This document shows, in pieces, positions 1-14,841 of a stretch of 64,000 nt of DNA; position 1 is the stretch's first letter; every line of letters begins with the position of its first letter. The notes under the pieces were generated by a model. The model was not told where the DNA came from. It was given only the letters and a program-made list of their open reading frames with translations, and did no database searches. The stretch lies in assembly GCA_003344405.1 (NCBI GenBank), contig NOWV01000016.1:124001-188000 (forward strand), written 5' to 3'. The position numbers and the translations under genes are program-made. The stretch comes from Trichoplax sp. H2. Its lineage: Eukaryota.

Positions 1-125
1 GGGACAGTCCTGCCAATTGCGTGTTTCCTTCAGTCAACCAGTTACTAGTGGTCACTGGTCACTGGTCAGGCACTGCTGAAGCCGGGCTTGGACGCATAGA
101 CGACGGGACAGTCCTGCCAATTGCG
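1..125. repeat. 21-bp direct repeat (GGGACAGTCCTGCCAATTGCG) at 1-21 and 105-125 upstream of ATP13A1, each copy containing CCAAT
   Basis: Exact duplicate read directly from the sequence; the repeat may extend beyond the window edge. Confidence 0.8.
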
Positions 126-232
126 AGTGCAAGGCATCCGTATCATCACTCCGATGCAGTACAAACAAGGACAGTATTCATCACTGACTATTGAATGAGC
201 CTATCAGTTGAATCCGTTGTCAGTCATTCAAC

Positions 233-3200
233 ATGGCTTCCAAGGCTAGTGAAATGCCAGTCAGTGATGATATCCAATATATTCGCTTATATATACCACG
301 ACAAGTCTATTTACATGGTTATGTGGCTCCTTTTTTAATATTCTACATGATCTGGCTTTATGTCTGGCTGGTAATGTATGGCGTTCAAGAGTATTTTGAA
401 GCTGGATTGATAGCTGTTGCCGGAATTGGCATTTTGCAAATTTTAACTTGCTTGTCTTGTTTTTGGTCAGTCCATGTTCGATGTGCCCTCACCTGTAAAT
501 CGGTAACCATTCTATTTTCCAACTAGATGGAATGGATAAGTTAGTTCAGTAATGCATTTCTTACGGTAGAATCTGCAGCCCTGCTAAAATAAATTCTTTC
601 AGTCATATTGTAATATCTACGCGTGCTATCGATCCAAGCAGTTGATTTACTGTATTCGTATTATATTGTACATTATAATTAATGATTCAAGTGAAAGTAA
701 TAAAAATCATATATTGTGTCTTAATAATTTACACTTACTCTACGTCAGCTACGTATACGTGTTTATAATATCAACAGTATGTGATGGTAATAACAGTTGT
801 TAAGCCTAGCTTAAAGTACAGTAGGACTAACATTTTGTATGTAGCGAGATGATGTGTAGAGTTTTTCAAGCTAATGATGATACATACAGTCTTGATCCAT
901 CCCAGACAGCCTCTGATTTACATATACATACTGTATATTGAAAGGTATTGGATGTCCATCAAGCAACTGTCGCTAAAGTGGTTCCAACTCCGAATAATGG
1001 TTATCCAGAAATTGTCAAAATACATCATGATAAGGTAGAAAGAGATCTTCAATTGCTGAATAAATAGGCATCTGATTATTTTAAGTCATCTTATTTTCTT
1101 AGTATAAAAAAATTGGATAGTAACATCAAAGTATTGGTAGGCTCCTATTTTAAATTGATCTTGCATCTTACACATTGGCATATGACGCAAGCATCCTTCA
1201 GTGCTCGACATTGCACATTTTACTATCAATAAATACCTTAGTGTAAACTTCAGTACGCGTACAGTACGAGTATGGCTGATAACAAGAATAATAAACATTA
1301 CTATCAAGTCATAACGATTTAAAAGGACATCGATTGCAATTGGAACTTAATAATTATATAATTTATATAATTTATTTAATGGGATTTCAAAGTCAATGAT
1401 TATCAGCTATACTTTGTTAAGCGTTGTAGATTTTAAAATCCGCACTAGCCAGCTTTTTCGGATTTAATTTAGCTCTGAGTTTGCTTGTGCAATTTCACAA
1501 CATCGGCGATTAAATAAACTATATTACTTATTTATAGGATGAAGATTCCAATCGTTCCATAATATGGTTCTCTTTTCAAAAGACCAAATATTTATACGAT
1601 GCTGAGGAAAAGAAACAGTTTCATAGTGTTCCCTTTCCTGTAGATCGTAAAATGCACTTCTATAAGAATTGGAAAGGCTTCAATGAAGTCCATGAAATTG
1701 AACATACTAATCGGATATTTGGAGACAACAAGTTAGTATTTACGCACTAAATTATTCATTTTTTGTAACTTAGAGTAAATGTTTCAACAGTTTTATCATA
1801 TTTTGTTTACTATGCTGATGCGATATAAACTATAGTTTATACTTTTCCTTGTTACTATGTTATTCTCATATAAACTAGCCTAGAATTGATCCAACAATTG
1901 CAAAATGGAATGATTTGTTTTAAATAATTACAATCTGACCGATATATAATCAACGAAATATTTTAATATATAGGCTAGAGTTGATAGTACCAGAATTTTC
2001 GGAATTATTTAAAGAACGAGCAACTGCGCCGTTTTTTGTCTTTCAAGTATTTTGCGTTGCTCTCTGGTGCCTAGATGAATATTGGTATTACAGTATATTT
2101 ACCTTGGCTATGCTTGTTATGTTTGAGGCTACCCTTGTGCAGCAGGTAACGACATCATCCAACTATTCGTCCATTGTTATCATCAATTTATGATGTATAT
2201 CCTACAGTATATATACAAGTATTAATATAATGTGCTATTTTTTATCTAGCAATTACGGAATCTTCGTGAAATTCGTAATATGGGATCAAAGCCTTACATG
2301 ATTAATGTATTTCGTCAACGCAAGTGGCGATTAATATCAAGCAGTGAATTAGTGCCTGGAGATATATGTTCAATTGGTAGAGTTAAAATTATTACCTTTG
2401 ACGTTAACTCCAATAATAATTTGATATTAGTATACCGACTGTACTGTTAGGTAATTAATTTAAGGTACTATTATATCGTTTATTCATAGTGCGCTATAGC
2501 GATGATCGTACGATTCCTTGTGATATGCTACTACTGCGTGGACCTTGCATCGTTGATGAAGCTATGCTTACTGGTGAATCTGTGCCCCAAATGAAGGTAA
2601 ACTTTTTTCCTTCTCGGTATACAAATCAAGTACTTTTACATTACTTTTGTAATACCAGTATAAGTACAGTTTCGAATTAACTGTGTTTATCTACGAAAAC
2701 TGAAATTGTTAATTTCTTATTTTTTTAATGCACTATGTTGCACTAGAATTGAGTCCTATCAACGCTATCGTATCGTATTCGATCCTTAATTTCTACTTCT
2801 ACTGCTCACTATATTTGATCTTTATAGGAACCTGTAGAAGATATTGAAGATTCGATATATCTTGATCCTACTCAACATAGTAAATTACATATTTTATTTG
2901 GAGGGACGAAAGTAGTACAACATACGCCACCTCCTAAAAATAGCAATGGAATACGATCTAGCGACAACGGCTGCATCGCCTACGTATTGCGCACTGGATT
3001 TCATACATCCCAGGTACCAGATAATATTCGAGTAATATGTATTCTGCAGTAGAATGACAGTGATTTATATGCTTTATTATTAATCTACTTCTATTTGATG
3101 TAATCGTATAGGGGAAACTACTGCGTACTATCTTGTATGGTGTGAAACGAGTGACTGCCAATAACTTAGAAACGTTCTGCTTCATTCTTTTCTTATTAAT

Positions 3201-6200
3201 TTTTGCTATTGCTGCGGCTGCGTACGTTTGGATTAAAGGTAAAATTACATATAGCTATCTCAGTATACATCGATTGTAGGATATCCTATCCGACTTATCA
3301 AACATTATTGAGGGTGTAAAATTTTATAAATAGGAACAGAAGATCCTTCTCGTAACAGATATAAGCTTTTCCTGGAGTGTACGTTTATATTAACTTCTGT
3401 TGTACCGCCCGAATTACCAATAGAACTATCTCTTGCCGTTAACAGCTCTTTAATGTCACTTATTAAGCTTGGTAAGACAAGGATAACTACAATTCTAAAC
3501 TGATACTATTAAATCTGATTTGAATATAGAAACCGGTCTTTGCATGTTTTTTTATTTGTCTTAGATGCTAATACTGATTATCTGCTTCCACAGGTATTTA
3601 TTGCACTGAACCTTTCAGAATACCTTTTGCTGGAAAAATTGATGTCTGTTGTTTTGATAAAACTGGTACCTTAACAAGTGATAATTTGATTGTGACTGGC
3701 ATCGCAGGCTTAAAGGAAGGTTGCAAATTGACAGAAATTTCGGAAGCTCCAATGGAAACTTTACGAATCCTTGGCACATGTCATTCTTTGGCAAAGCTTG
3801 ACGAAACCTTTGTAGGTGATCCATTAGAGAAAGCAGCGTTGAAAGCTATTGACTGGTCATTTACTAAAGGTTAATTAAAACATATTTTAATGCCCAAAAT
3901 TTGATACCGAGTTAATAAACTATAAATTTCTTATTAGATAATTTCTTTTATTAATAAACTAAATTAGATGATGTCGCCATTCCGAGGAAAGGATTTCGCC
4001 AAACATTACGTATTGTTCATAGATTTCATTTCTCTAGTGTTTTAAAGAGGATGTCAGTAATTTGTTCAATGCAAACTCCACAATCCAGTATTAGTAATTA
4101 CATTGTAACAACTAAAGGAGCACCGGAAATCTTAAAAAGAATGGTACGATTTATTGCATTAAAAGTATTGATTATAAGTTCGCGGATTTATGACATTTAA
4201 TCCGAAATTGATTTATTTTTGTAATAAAGTTTAAAGAAGTCCCTAAAGATTACGATTCAGTACATGAAGAAATGGCCAGAAAAGGTGCTCGCATCTTAGC
4301 CTTAGGTTATAAAGAAATAGGCGAACTTACCAGCGTGCAATTGCGTGAGATGACTAGAGAACAAGCCGAAAACGAATTAATATTTGCAGGATTTGTAGTC
4401 ATATCTTGTCCATTAAAATATGATTCAAAAACCGTCATTAAAGATTTAAAGCACTCAAGTCACCATGTATGATAAAAAATTCTTTTGTTAACAGTACGCG
4501 TATAAGTTAGATTCTTTTGCATTCATTTGAATAAAACCTTTTGTATTCGTTCACTTTCAGCTAATTATGATCACTGGCGATAGTGCTTTGACCGCCTGCC
4601 ATGTCGCTAAAGAATTAGAAATTGTGACAAAACCTACTCTTATTTTGAAGAAAACAAACAACGGTAACTCCAGCTATCTATTAATCATGTAACATCCGGG
4701 ATTACTGCTATCCTCATTTATTAGATATTAATCAAATTTTGTGATGATAGATGATTGGTTGTGGCAATCAATCGATAGAACAATTAATCTGCCTCTAATG
4801 GAAGTAGAAAAGAGGAACGAATTTGTATCGAAATACTGTTTATGTGTTACTGGAGAGGTAAGTTAAATTTAGTTTTAATTTATGTTACGATTATATTTCT
4901 GTTGAATGCAATTGTCAAGATATAAAATTATTTATATATGTTTATTACAAATAAAATGCAGGGATTACCTGAAATTATTGCTACTAAAACTAGTAAGGGT
5001 AAGAGAACCCTATTTGAAACATTATTACCGTTTATACAAGTCTTCGCACGAATGGCTCCGAAACAAAAAGAAATTGTCATTACAACATTAAGAGAACGAG
5101 GCTTTATTACCTTAATGTGTGGAGATGGTACAAACGATGTAGGAGCGTTAAAACATGCTAATGTCGGTTAGTCATATAACGATTATTAAATCAATCTTTT
5201 TATATTATACTAGTATCTGAAAATTGTCGTATAAATTAATGCATTCTTTCGTGGTTCACTGTAGGTGTTGCATTATTAACTCATGCTCCTCAACCAAAAG
5301 CTGCAACTAAGTTCGAGCTGTCAGGGAAAGATTTACCGGTAAGAAGCAAATACTTAGTTACACGAAGTTAATTAACTTTGATTACAGTTTGGATTTGTAT
5401 TGAAATAGTTATAATATTGTTATTTGATAGATCGACAATGGCGATACTGATGAACTTAAGAAATCTCCACCATCCAATAAAAAATCTTTAATTGACAAAA
5501 GAACTAAAAGGCCCATTGAGCAATCAAAATCAAAAAATGACAAGCACAGTTCCGCTGAGGTAACTGGCTTATTAAGAAGCTTCTTATAATGTGTCATATG
5601 CTCAAATATTTAATTAATAGATTCAATATTATTTTAGAAATCGGTTGCAAAGCTGTTAAAAGACATTGACGAAGGAGATCAACCATCTGTTGTCAAACTT
5701 GGTGATGCATCTATTGCTTCCCCTTTCACATTCAAATTCTCATCTACTATCTGTAGTAAGAAATAATGTTTGCCTATATATATGATGGATGATTTATTAA
5801 ATGCTTAATTGTAAGAATTACTAAATAGATTTTCTCATTTTCACCCGTACAGCTACTCATATTATTCGCCAAGGTCGTTGTACCTTGGTGACAACGTTGC
5901 AAATGTTCAAGATTTTGGCTCTTAACGCGCTTGTTCTTGCTTACAGCCAAAGTGTTTTATATCTAGATGGAATTAAATTTAGTGACAGGTGCTTACCGGG
6001 ATCTGAAATATTTCCATTTCTAATAATGAATATAGATATCCTTATAGCTTATAAACTGTGTAAAATATTGAAATTAAGACCTATTACCCATCGGTTATTC
6101 TTGTAGTCAAGCGACTTTGCAGGGTGTTTTGCTTGCTGGGTGTTTCTTGTTTATCTCTCGATCGAAGGTATACGCGTATGTTGTGGCTTTAATTATATCA

Positions 6201-7086
6201 CCAATCTCTTATTAATTTCTTATATTATAATGGTCGGTTTAGCTATTAAAAACTTTTTATAACAGCGTATATCTATTGTTTTTTCGTTAGCCGTTGCATA
6301 CTCTGTCAAAGCAAAGACCTTTGCCAAATATTTTCAACACTTATACTATTTTAACGGTATTGTCTCAATTTTTTGTGCACTTTACTTGTTTGGTATACCT
6401 GGTTCAAGAAGCTAAAGCTTTAGTTCCACCAAGGTATGAATAAAAGCTTTCCTATTTCAACATCGTTGTGATGACACAATAATTCATATATATGATATAA
6501 ATATTATAGAGAAGAAAAATTTGTGAATTTGGACGCAAAATTTGAACCGAATTTGATCAACTCTGTAGTATATTTGATATCAATAACTTTACAAATTTCA
6601 ACGTTTGCGGTGAATCACCGGGTATGATAAATATCTGTCTAATTATAAAGTTATTTTCTAATATATTAATGTGTAGCAACAAGTGTTAAAAAATATTTGG
6701 TGTAAGACGTTCGATATACTGAAAGCTTAAAATTTATGGAAATAATGCTTCTTAGGGTCACCCTTTTATGGCTAGCCTTACAGAGAATAAGCCGCTACTC
6801 TACAGTATTCTTCTTTCATCAACTGTTATTGGGCTGATAGCGGTTGGATTAGCACCTGAATTAAGCTACCAATTTGAGATTGTAGAAATACCAGTTGAAG
6901 TAAGTGTGAATTATTTGGGTACTGTAATGACTTAATTTTCTCATAATATAATGCTTTTTATCCTGCATGTTATTTCAGTTACGAAACAAATTGGCAAGTG
7001 TCCTAGTAGCTGATTTTATTTTAGCTTATGTTCTGGATAGTTGCTGCCAGTGGTTATTAGGCGAAGCTAAGCTCAAATGCAACTAA
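233..7086 (+). CDS. ATP13A1: P5A-type ATPase (ER transmembrane helix dislocase, Spf1/ATP13A1), multi-exon
   Basis: Exons encode P5A hallmarks: [60 protein letters not shown] (phosphorylated Asp), [34 protein letters not shown] introns. Stop TAA at 7084-7086. Confidence 0.95.
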
Positions 7087-8999
7087 AGAAATTTCGTACT
7101 ACATCTAGTTCATTATAACTTTTGTACAATATGCATCTAACAGAAATACATATACTCTAATTGCTGCAAATGATTACTATTAAGTAGATATGTTGTCTCG
7201 GTAATATTAAAAGAACGCTTCATTTTACGAATAATTAAATGTTCTATCCGACAGACATTCTGTACCTTTGTAGGCATAACCAATAATTATAATCAAGATT
7301 TTGCGAATTCCCTGGTGCAACCTAGAAGTGCAAATGCAGATGACTGCTTGTTATGATAGTGAAAAGAATTCGAGACACTCAATTTTTCATAAAGTTCTTA
7401 CATTATTTATTCGAATGTTTGCGTAATACGATATTGTCGAATGATTCACAGATACAACGCAATTTTTTTAAATCAACTTTACCTATAAATATAGTAAAGG
7501 ATATGGTAGTAGGCATCAATTAATTATAGTTATTGGATATGAGCTGCTTTAATCAATACATTTAAATATAACTCATTACTATAGTCTTGTCTAAGTCACT
7601 GCGTGACGACAAAACGAAAAACATTGCTGTAATGAGCTTGTAAAGAATTAGATATTGCGATATAATCATGATGAGTACGGTGATGAATTGGTGTTTTTGA
7701 AAAAGTCTGTTAATATCTTACTCAATCTGAGAAAACTGACAAAAATAAAGCATTATAAATGTAAAGAGGTTCTTTATTTCATGTAACTATCACCTAACAA
7801 TAATTTGTATACTGTACATAAATAATCACATAGGCTTTATTATGCCCCCCCCCCGTACGATATGGATAACGTATTCGCAGCCATGATAACCACTCGTTGC
7901 AGACGATTTTAAATTATTTATCACTGCATTACTTATAAGAATTGATGCCCATAAAGTTTTAAAACTAGATTTAGCAGCTTTGATACCAGGGTACTATGTC
8001 AATGGATTCTCAACTCTATTACGTTAATGGCATATTTACACGAGACTTTCTAGATTATTTTACATATACCATTGCTGGGTACTCTTAATAAAACATGTGT
8101 ATCACTGGCGTCTGAACAATCACTAGACTAAGGCTTGCTAAGTCATATAATTGATATAAATGCGGAATATGTGGTGGGTAATTTGTTAGTGAAGATACTA
8201 TAGCTTGCATTTTATGATACTAAGCTCTCATAGAGAGCTAAATCATGATGCTCCTACAGCAGCAGGTCTTTTAACAATTCTAGTACTAAACGATTATATA
8301 TAATAGAGTATTACGGCAAGAAATGTTAAAGTTCATTAACTTAAAAGTTGAAAGCTCCCCCACTAAAAATGAAATAAATCACAGTTACCATAGTACGCAA
8401 GCATAAAATTGTACGGTGTCCACAAAGTGATAAAGGAGACTTTTAGATTGAAACAACTGATAATAAATTCTGTTGATACATGCTATGCATTGATATGGAT
8501 ATCTTACGGGGACATTGTCTAGTGATATGTGATATCTATTGTGCAAGTTATTACTTATATCTAATCTGATAAAGCGAGAGCACTGAAGTCTGAAATCGCG
8601 CAGTAATTTCCGCTAAGAATCAACTTTTAAAAGTTATAAGACAGTTCTCATTCCTAATATAACGATCAATTTTGAGTACTACCCAACTTGATACGCTGTT
8701 ATTAAGCTCTAAAATTAAACTTAAAACACTGCGATTATTGGTATCATTTTAGATTTATTTATATTACAAAGTTATGTATCTTCAACTAAGGGTAAATCCT
8801 AGAAAGTAGATTAGCTCCATTATCAAAAGCTAAAGCAATAGCCGTGCGAGATTGGCGAGTATAAAATAATAATATATATATATTAACTTCACATACTTTA
8901 AAAATTCATGTAGAGAAGTCACTGTGTCGTTGTTAACATCATTTTAACTATTAATTAACTACTTAATATTACTCGATTGAATAGTTACAGCGCTTCCGT

Positions 9000-9013
9000 G
9001 TCACCATGGTAAC
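9000..9013. promoter_or_regulatory. RFX X-box (GTCACCATGGTAAC) upstream of the NSMF-like gene
   Basis: Matches the X-box consensus GTNRCC-N(0-3)-RGYAAC. It lies upstream of a probable 5'UTR exon (donor GTAAGC at 9338). Confidence 0.65.
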
Positions 9014-9940
9014 GCATTCCCTTTCTCTTATTTACGTACTATCTACGTCTTACGTTACAGTATATATGAATTTAGTCAATACGATCTTGTTTCCTTTACA
9101 TTGACGGAGGCATTTCTATAATATTATTATTTTATTAATTATTTGTAGCAAATAGACTATTGTAATAGTTACTGGTAGATTGATCAACAAGTAATTTGAA
9201 GAATCATCGTTCGAAAGACTTTTGGACGATATTATACGATATTCATTTCTGAAAAAAAGCTATGATCGATAGGACCGAAAACGTCAGCGTTAGGCTTTAG
9301 AGCCGTAACCCTAAGATAACTTACAAGCAAGAATTAGGTAAGCTCTGATTCTTCTTATAATTTCTAGTGATGATTATTAGGTAATAAATAGATAGTTATA
9401 TGCGATACATGAATCAATTATCATATAACGTAAAATTTCGTACAAATGGCTGTCTATATGTAATACAAAATATCAAGAGATCTGTTCTTGAATACAATAT
9501 TGCTGAATAATAACCATTATATTGCTAGTCCTTCTATTCTAGAGTATACATTACCGTTTCAAAATTATAAAATCTAAATGTTACTTAACGTAAATCCCTT
9601 GAAATATTATTACTTATATGCTATGATACATATAATAATTTTGTTCATAATCCTTACTGAACAACTTTAACAAATGATTCACCCCATAATTATCAAAGTC
9701 CAAATAATGTTAGATAAATAGTAGAAGATTATTTGGTATGTCGTGAAATAAGATATTCTCCAATCTATAGCTATGTTACAGTCAATTAAATGGATGTATG
9801 TTCTTAAATAAGGGTGATATATATAGCACATCTTTCGCTTATGAATTAAAAGATATTAGCATGTCTATAATAATTCTGCCGATAAAATTTGTGTTCGGTA
9901 GATAATGGCTACGTAAGAATTACTAAATAAAATAAATACA

Positions 9941-12900
9941 ATGGGAACGATAGTATCAACGCAAAAAGATGGATTACGTTCGTTACCTAGTCATCGAACA
10001 TTTCTATCGAGGTAAATAATATAACATAATATGTGTATAGCATCATAATACAGCGCACATCTAATTCTCTAAAGTAGGAAGGGGTTTACTTTTCTGTCGA
10101 TTTATAATGTTAAACTTCTATTTAATTTCAGCAATGCAATTGACTTTCAAAAAGAAATAACTAAAACATCATTTCCTCATTATCAGTACAAAACAGGTAA
10201 AGAAGAGAGTAGGATATGTATTATTACTATTTTAAATAAGATTGTTAACAAACTCCACTTTTCTTTTTTATTTAAAAATTTTCATATTAGCTAACGAGGG
10301 CTACATTGCTCAAAAAACAAAATCGTTCGTAGCAAGATTACCACCTGTTGATCATCCAGTTCTTGATAAATTGAATCATTTTGATGCTGATTATGCAGCA
10401 ATTCCAAAAAAAAATAAAGTTCATGTTACCTTTATTGATAACAAAAATACAGATCAAAATTTTAATCCAACAGCATCAGAATATCCCGCTGCAGTTAATA
10501 AAATTGCCTATAATACAGCGATAGAATTAAATGCACAGCGGTGGTATGGTGGCCAAGTTTTACAACCTTATACACCTAATACAGCACAACTTGAGTTAGG
10601 AAAGCGAATAAATGATGATTATGTACATCATAATAGTGATGGACTGGAAGGTGATCATTTGCATAGGACTGGTATAGCAAATGATGAGCTTAATAGATCA
10701 TCAAAGGAAGATAAATTATTATACACGTATCTCAGGGGAGATGCAGTTCAACTTGAAAGGTTAGTCCAAAAAGTTCATCATATTTACTTTACACTCATGC
10801 CATCTATTACATTTTGTGATTTGTCTCGTTGTGTATTCTACAATGATACGTTAGTAACATTGAAATAATTTAATTTTGATCACTTATTGAATTTTTCTCG
10901 CTAATTTATTGCTGTTAGCAATTTATTAATTGTAATTATGACTAGATGTGGCTAATAAGAATAAGAGTAGTATCTTAATTAATCTAAAATTTTGAAATTA
11001 ATTTATTGTTGCTATTTATTTTGACAATTGAGATGAATTAAATAGTGTTTTATCACGTTATAGTCAACCAAGTAAAAGTCCTAATCTAATTCAGCTTTTA
11101 GAGTAACATTTCTACTCAAGCAGCAGTGGATGTTTAAATTTTAAATAATAATGCTTTAATTTAGCAAATAATATAATTGCATACTGTAATATGCTAATGA
11201 ATCTATGCCATTTTTAACAGATATCCTAAGGGCAATATCATTAAGAGCAGAATTAATGAATACGCAAATGCTGTTAAAAACTTTAATTCTAGGTATTTCA
11301 ATTTATTGTTTATAATGGATATAGATCTGTGAGAAAATTTTCAATAATAAACTAAATTAATTTCCTAATTATGCAAATCTATATCAATGGTAAATATAAA
11401 GTAAGCTAAAATCTCACCAGAATAACATAAACGGACAAGACTCTGACGAAAGCCCCAGAGATGGAATAAAAACCAAATTACTAACATTAGATGATTTAGA
11501 ACCTGCTTATACAAGAGTAAATATATTAATTTTTAAAGTTTATTGATGAATATAGATTAACCGATATTTTTATTTTAATGCTAAACAATAACATTTATCT
11601 AATGCACTTAATTTCAAATTTTTTATTATATCCAATAATATAGGATATTATTTTAACTCCAAGAGTGTTGCAAAATGGCAGCAATCGATCAGGATCACGA
11701 AGTAAAAATCGTCAAAGTAACAGTCAAGGGTCGGCAAGTCGTCGTAGTTCAGGTCGAATGGCAACAGCAGGAGAAGGCAGAAAAAACATTAGAGGATATT
11801 CTACTAGAGATTCTGCGTCCAGATTAGGTAAAAATGATTATAAGCAATCATCACCTAAAACTGGTAGGAGAAGTCGAGCAGGATCCCCGTCTAAAGTTAA
11901 TGGAGGCAGTCAGAAAGAATTAAGCCAATCGCCTGCCAGCAGACAAAATAATGATTCAGCAGCAAGTCATGAAAGTAGTCGAGAATCATCTCCATATCGT
12001 AGAATTCGTTCCACATCTCCGGTTGGGAAGAGTAATATTGATCATACTACATCTAATAATAAATCATTACTACCTCGATCTAAGTTTACTGAAAGTAACG
12101 AAGCTAGAAAATTAAGACATGAGACGTTAAAAATGTTGGCCGATGATAGTATTGCCTTAGGTAAATAGCATTAGCTGATCTGTAGATTAGTTTACGGTAT
12201 AAGTACGATTACGGATGATTTATCATTCTTTTAATGCATTTATTTGTGCCTATTAATGGTTGTTTGTAATTAATCTTAGGTGATAATTTAAGGAGCGATT
12301 TTGTACAATATCAAAATGAAATTGAACGCTTGCGTTATCATGCAGAAGTTCATGTAAGTTAAGGAAATGAAAGCTTAATTAAGACAGTTTTTCTTATAAT
12401 TGTATACTTAAAAGGACATATAATTAAAAGTTATGATGGCAGTATTACAATTATCGTAATATCATATCCTCTTTATTTGACAGCTGATGTATTTGATTTG
12501 ATTTAATAGCAGTATAAAATTCATTGATTTGTTGAAGAATTGACGCCAAAAATTTATCTATTTGTAGATTTGAATGTGTTGTTTTATATAAAATTTACAG
12601 TAATACTAATTTATTTATGGTAGGAGTTAAACAGTCAAAATTAAACTCATATTATTTCTGAACTCTTCGTTTAGTATGAATTATCATTAGGCGAGAATTT
12701 TAATCCGCCGCGTGTGGTGGTAAGTTCATGACCGATATAATTCTAGGATAAATACTCATATTTCAATAACTATTAACGACCGGACGATTGCAAATAGGTT
12801 TTCAATATTATTATTCTTTCTAACAATTTGTTACTATAGCTTCTATCTTCGAGCATTCAGTTTGGTGATGGCCTAAAACGAGCCGCTCTGAAACATACTA

Positions 12901-14349
12901 TAATCATCCATTATGTAATTAACCGAAAACTATAATTTAGAAATAGAATATACCTAAAAGATGCTTTGAATTATGATATTGACAAGTGTAATTAATATCG
13001 CAAAAACTGAACAGCTTTTTTAATTCTGCTATTTTAATACCAGGACTTTCAAAAAGCTACCTTCGATTCGCTAGTTGGTTAGTTGCAAGTTATAGTTAAG
13101 CGTCGAGTACCTCTTTTGCTAAATGTCTATACTGTAAAGCGGTTAACTTGATTAATAGAATGGAAAATACGTGCGACAAGGAATTAATGTGTTAAAATAT
13201 TATCTTTCAGAGGAAATTAATAAGAGGGTAAATCAATACAAGGATGGCTGTCGAATCAAGTCGTTAGCTTTATATTGCAAGGTATTGGATTTGATAGGTT
13301 TTAAACTACATAATAAGAAGAGAGTATGATAGGATAATAAGAAATCTTCTGTTAATAAGTATTTATGTCAATCAACACAGGGAGGACCTGGCTACATATA
13401 TTTCTTAAGAAATGAAGTTATTACGGATAAGAAACTAGTTTATAACAACCCAATCGCTCAGTAAGTTATAATATATACTGTATATACAGTATATAGCGTA
13501 CTATGGGTGGCATGTGCGCCTGCTGTTAAAATGGAATTGCTGAAGATAGTGGTACTGGATCTCTTTGATATTAAAATAATAATTACTGATTTTAACTGTA
13601 TTCTGGATTATACAAACATTAGATTCTTTCGCGATGTTAGCCGAATTATGAGTAAATTAGGACCCAATGTAACGTCTGTGCATGTTATGGGGTGTAATCT
13701 AACTGGAACAAGTAGTGGGCATGAGGTAATTTTAATTTTGTTTAGAATAACAGTTAGGCGATATATTCAAATATTGGTGTATGTACTAAGTGAGGCGCGT
13801 CTATCTGCTAGTTACTGTTGAAGACACAGTAATTTAAAATAAATTCATATCGAATTATGTCCATGATATTGAATAATATTAGTATGAATCAATGTATTCT
13901 AAGGTCGCAGTGATACGAATAACTAATTTGAAAAGTTTATAGATATTTAAGCCTAATTTATATAATTACAACTTGCAAAGGAAGGACAGAAGTATTCATT
14001 ATGCCTGTTTTGTTGCGTGTTATTGAAATTAACCGCAAGTTAATCATTCTATTTATTGATAATTTTCATAGCTATTGCAACTCATTCAGAAGGTTATGGA
14101 GCCAACTAAACTAACTATCTCAGCACCTGTTGAGCAATCACAAGCTGGTAAGTAGCAGATAAATGTTGAACTTTGATTCTGAAATAGAATTGATATAGTA
14201 TAAATTCTAATGATGATGCACTATGTCTAGGTTCCGAAATGATTAGTCAATATTTTGATATCAAAAAATATCGAGAATGGAAAGATAAAACGACAAGTTT
14301 CATTTATTCGAAAAGATTTAGCAAAAGAAAATTACATTTGAAGTTTTAA
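9941..14349 (+). CDS. NSMF: NSMF (Jacob/NELF)-like protein: N-terminal MGxxxS myristoylation motif, Ser/Arg-rich disordered middle, conserved C-terminal domain
   Basis: The spliced C-terminus reads PPRVVLLSSSI...IHYDFQKATFDSLVEEINKRVNQYKDGCRIKSLALYCKGGPGYIYFLRNEV...FFRDVSRIMSKLGPNVTSVHVMGCNLTG...APVEQSQAGSEMISQYFDIKKYREWK. This aligns colinearly with human NSMF as recalled (PPKVMLISSKV...LYDHEHATFEDILEEI...FCQGGPGHLYLLKNKV...RLMSKVNP...IHIMGC...SPLELSAQGKQMIETYFDFRLYRLWK). Exon phases are consistent from ATG 9941 to TAA 14347-14349. Confidence 0.85.
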
Positions 14350-14841
14350 AAATATAGGCGAAATTGTATTCAAATAAATCATGACATATAATTAGTACTG
14401 TACAAGTAATTTATTACGAATAGCTAAATGGAATTACTGTTGAAATGAGCTTGACTGTTATATGGATGTTTTATTCGTACGTTCACTAATTTTCAAAAGG
14501 AATTTGATCATTTATAACTGAAGATGATTTGATTCTTAAAAAGTACTTTTTATGGTACAAATGTTCTTTATTTATTTCTGTATGAAATTTTTTAATAGCA
14601 ACACAAATAAAACAAGAAAAGATATATTTATATTGCATGACAGTTCTAGATAGATATACGTATCAAGAAAATAATTCTCCCGAATGATTTCTAATTACGA
14701 AATTGAGTAATTGAGCATGCGTTTGATTTAGTTTACCTGTTACAGTAGGCAGTATAGCATACGGGTACAATATAATGTTTTGTTCAGAGAATATACATTA
14801 TTAATAATAATCTTACAGTGATAGAGAAAAGATACGATTTG

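Noticed and set aside
7930-8260. Slightly coding-like stretch (YYVNG-type peptides) between ATP13A1 and the NSMF-like gene
   Set aside because: Short and interrupted by stops, with no recognisable family or consistent splice structure.
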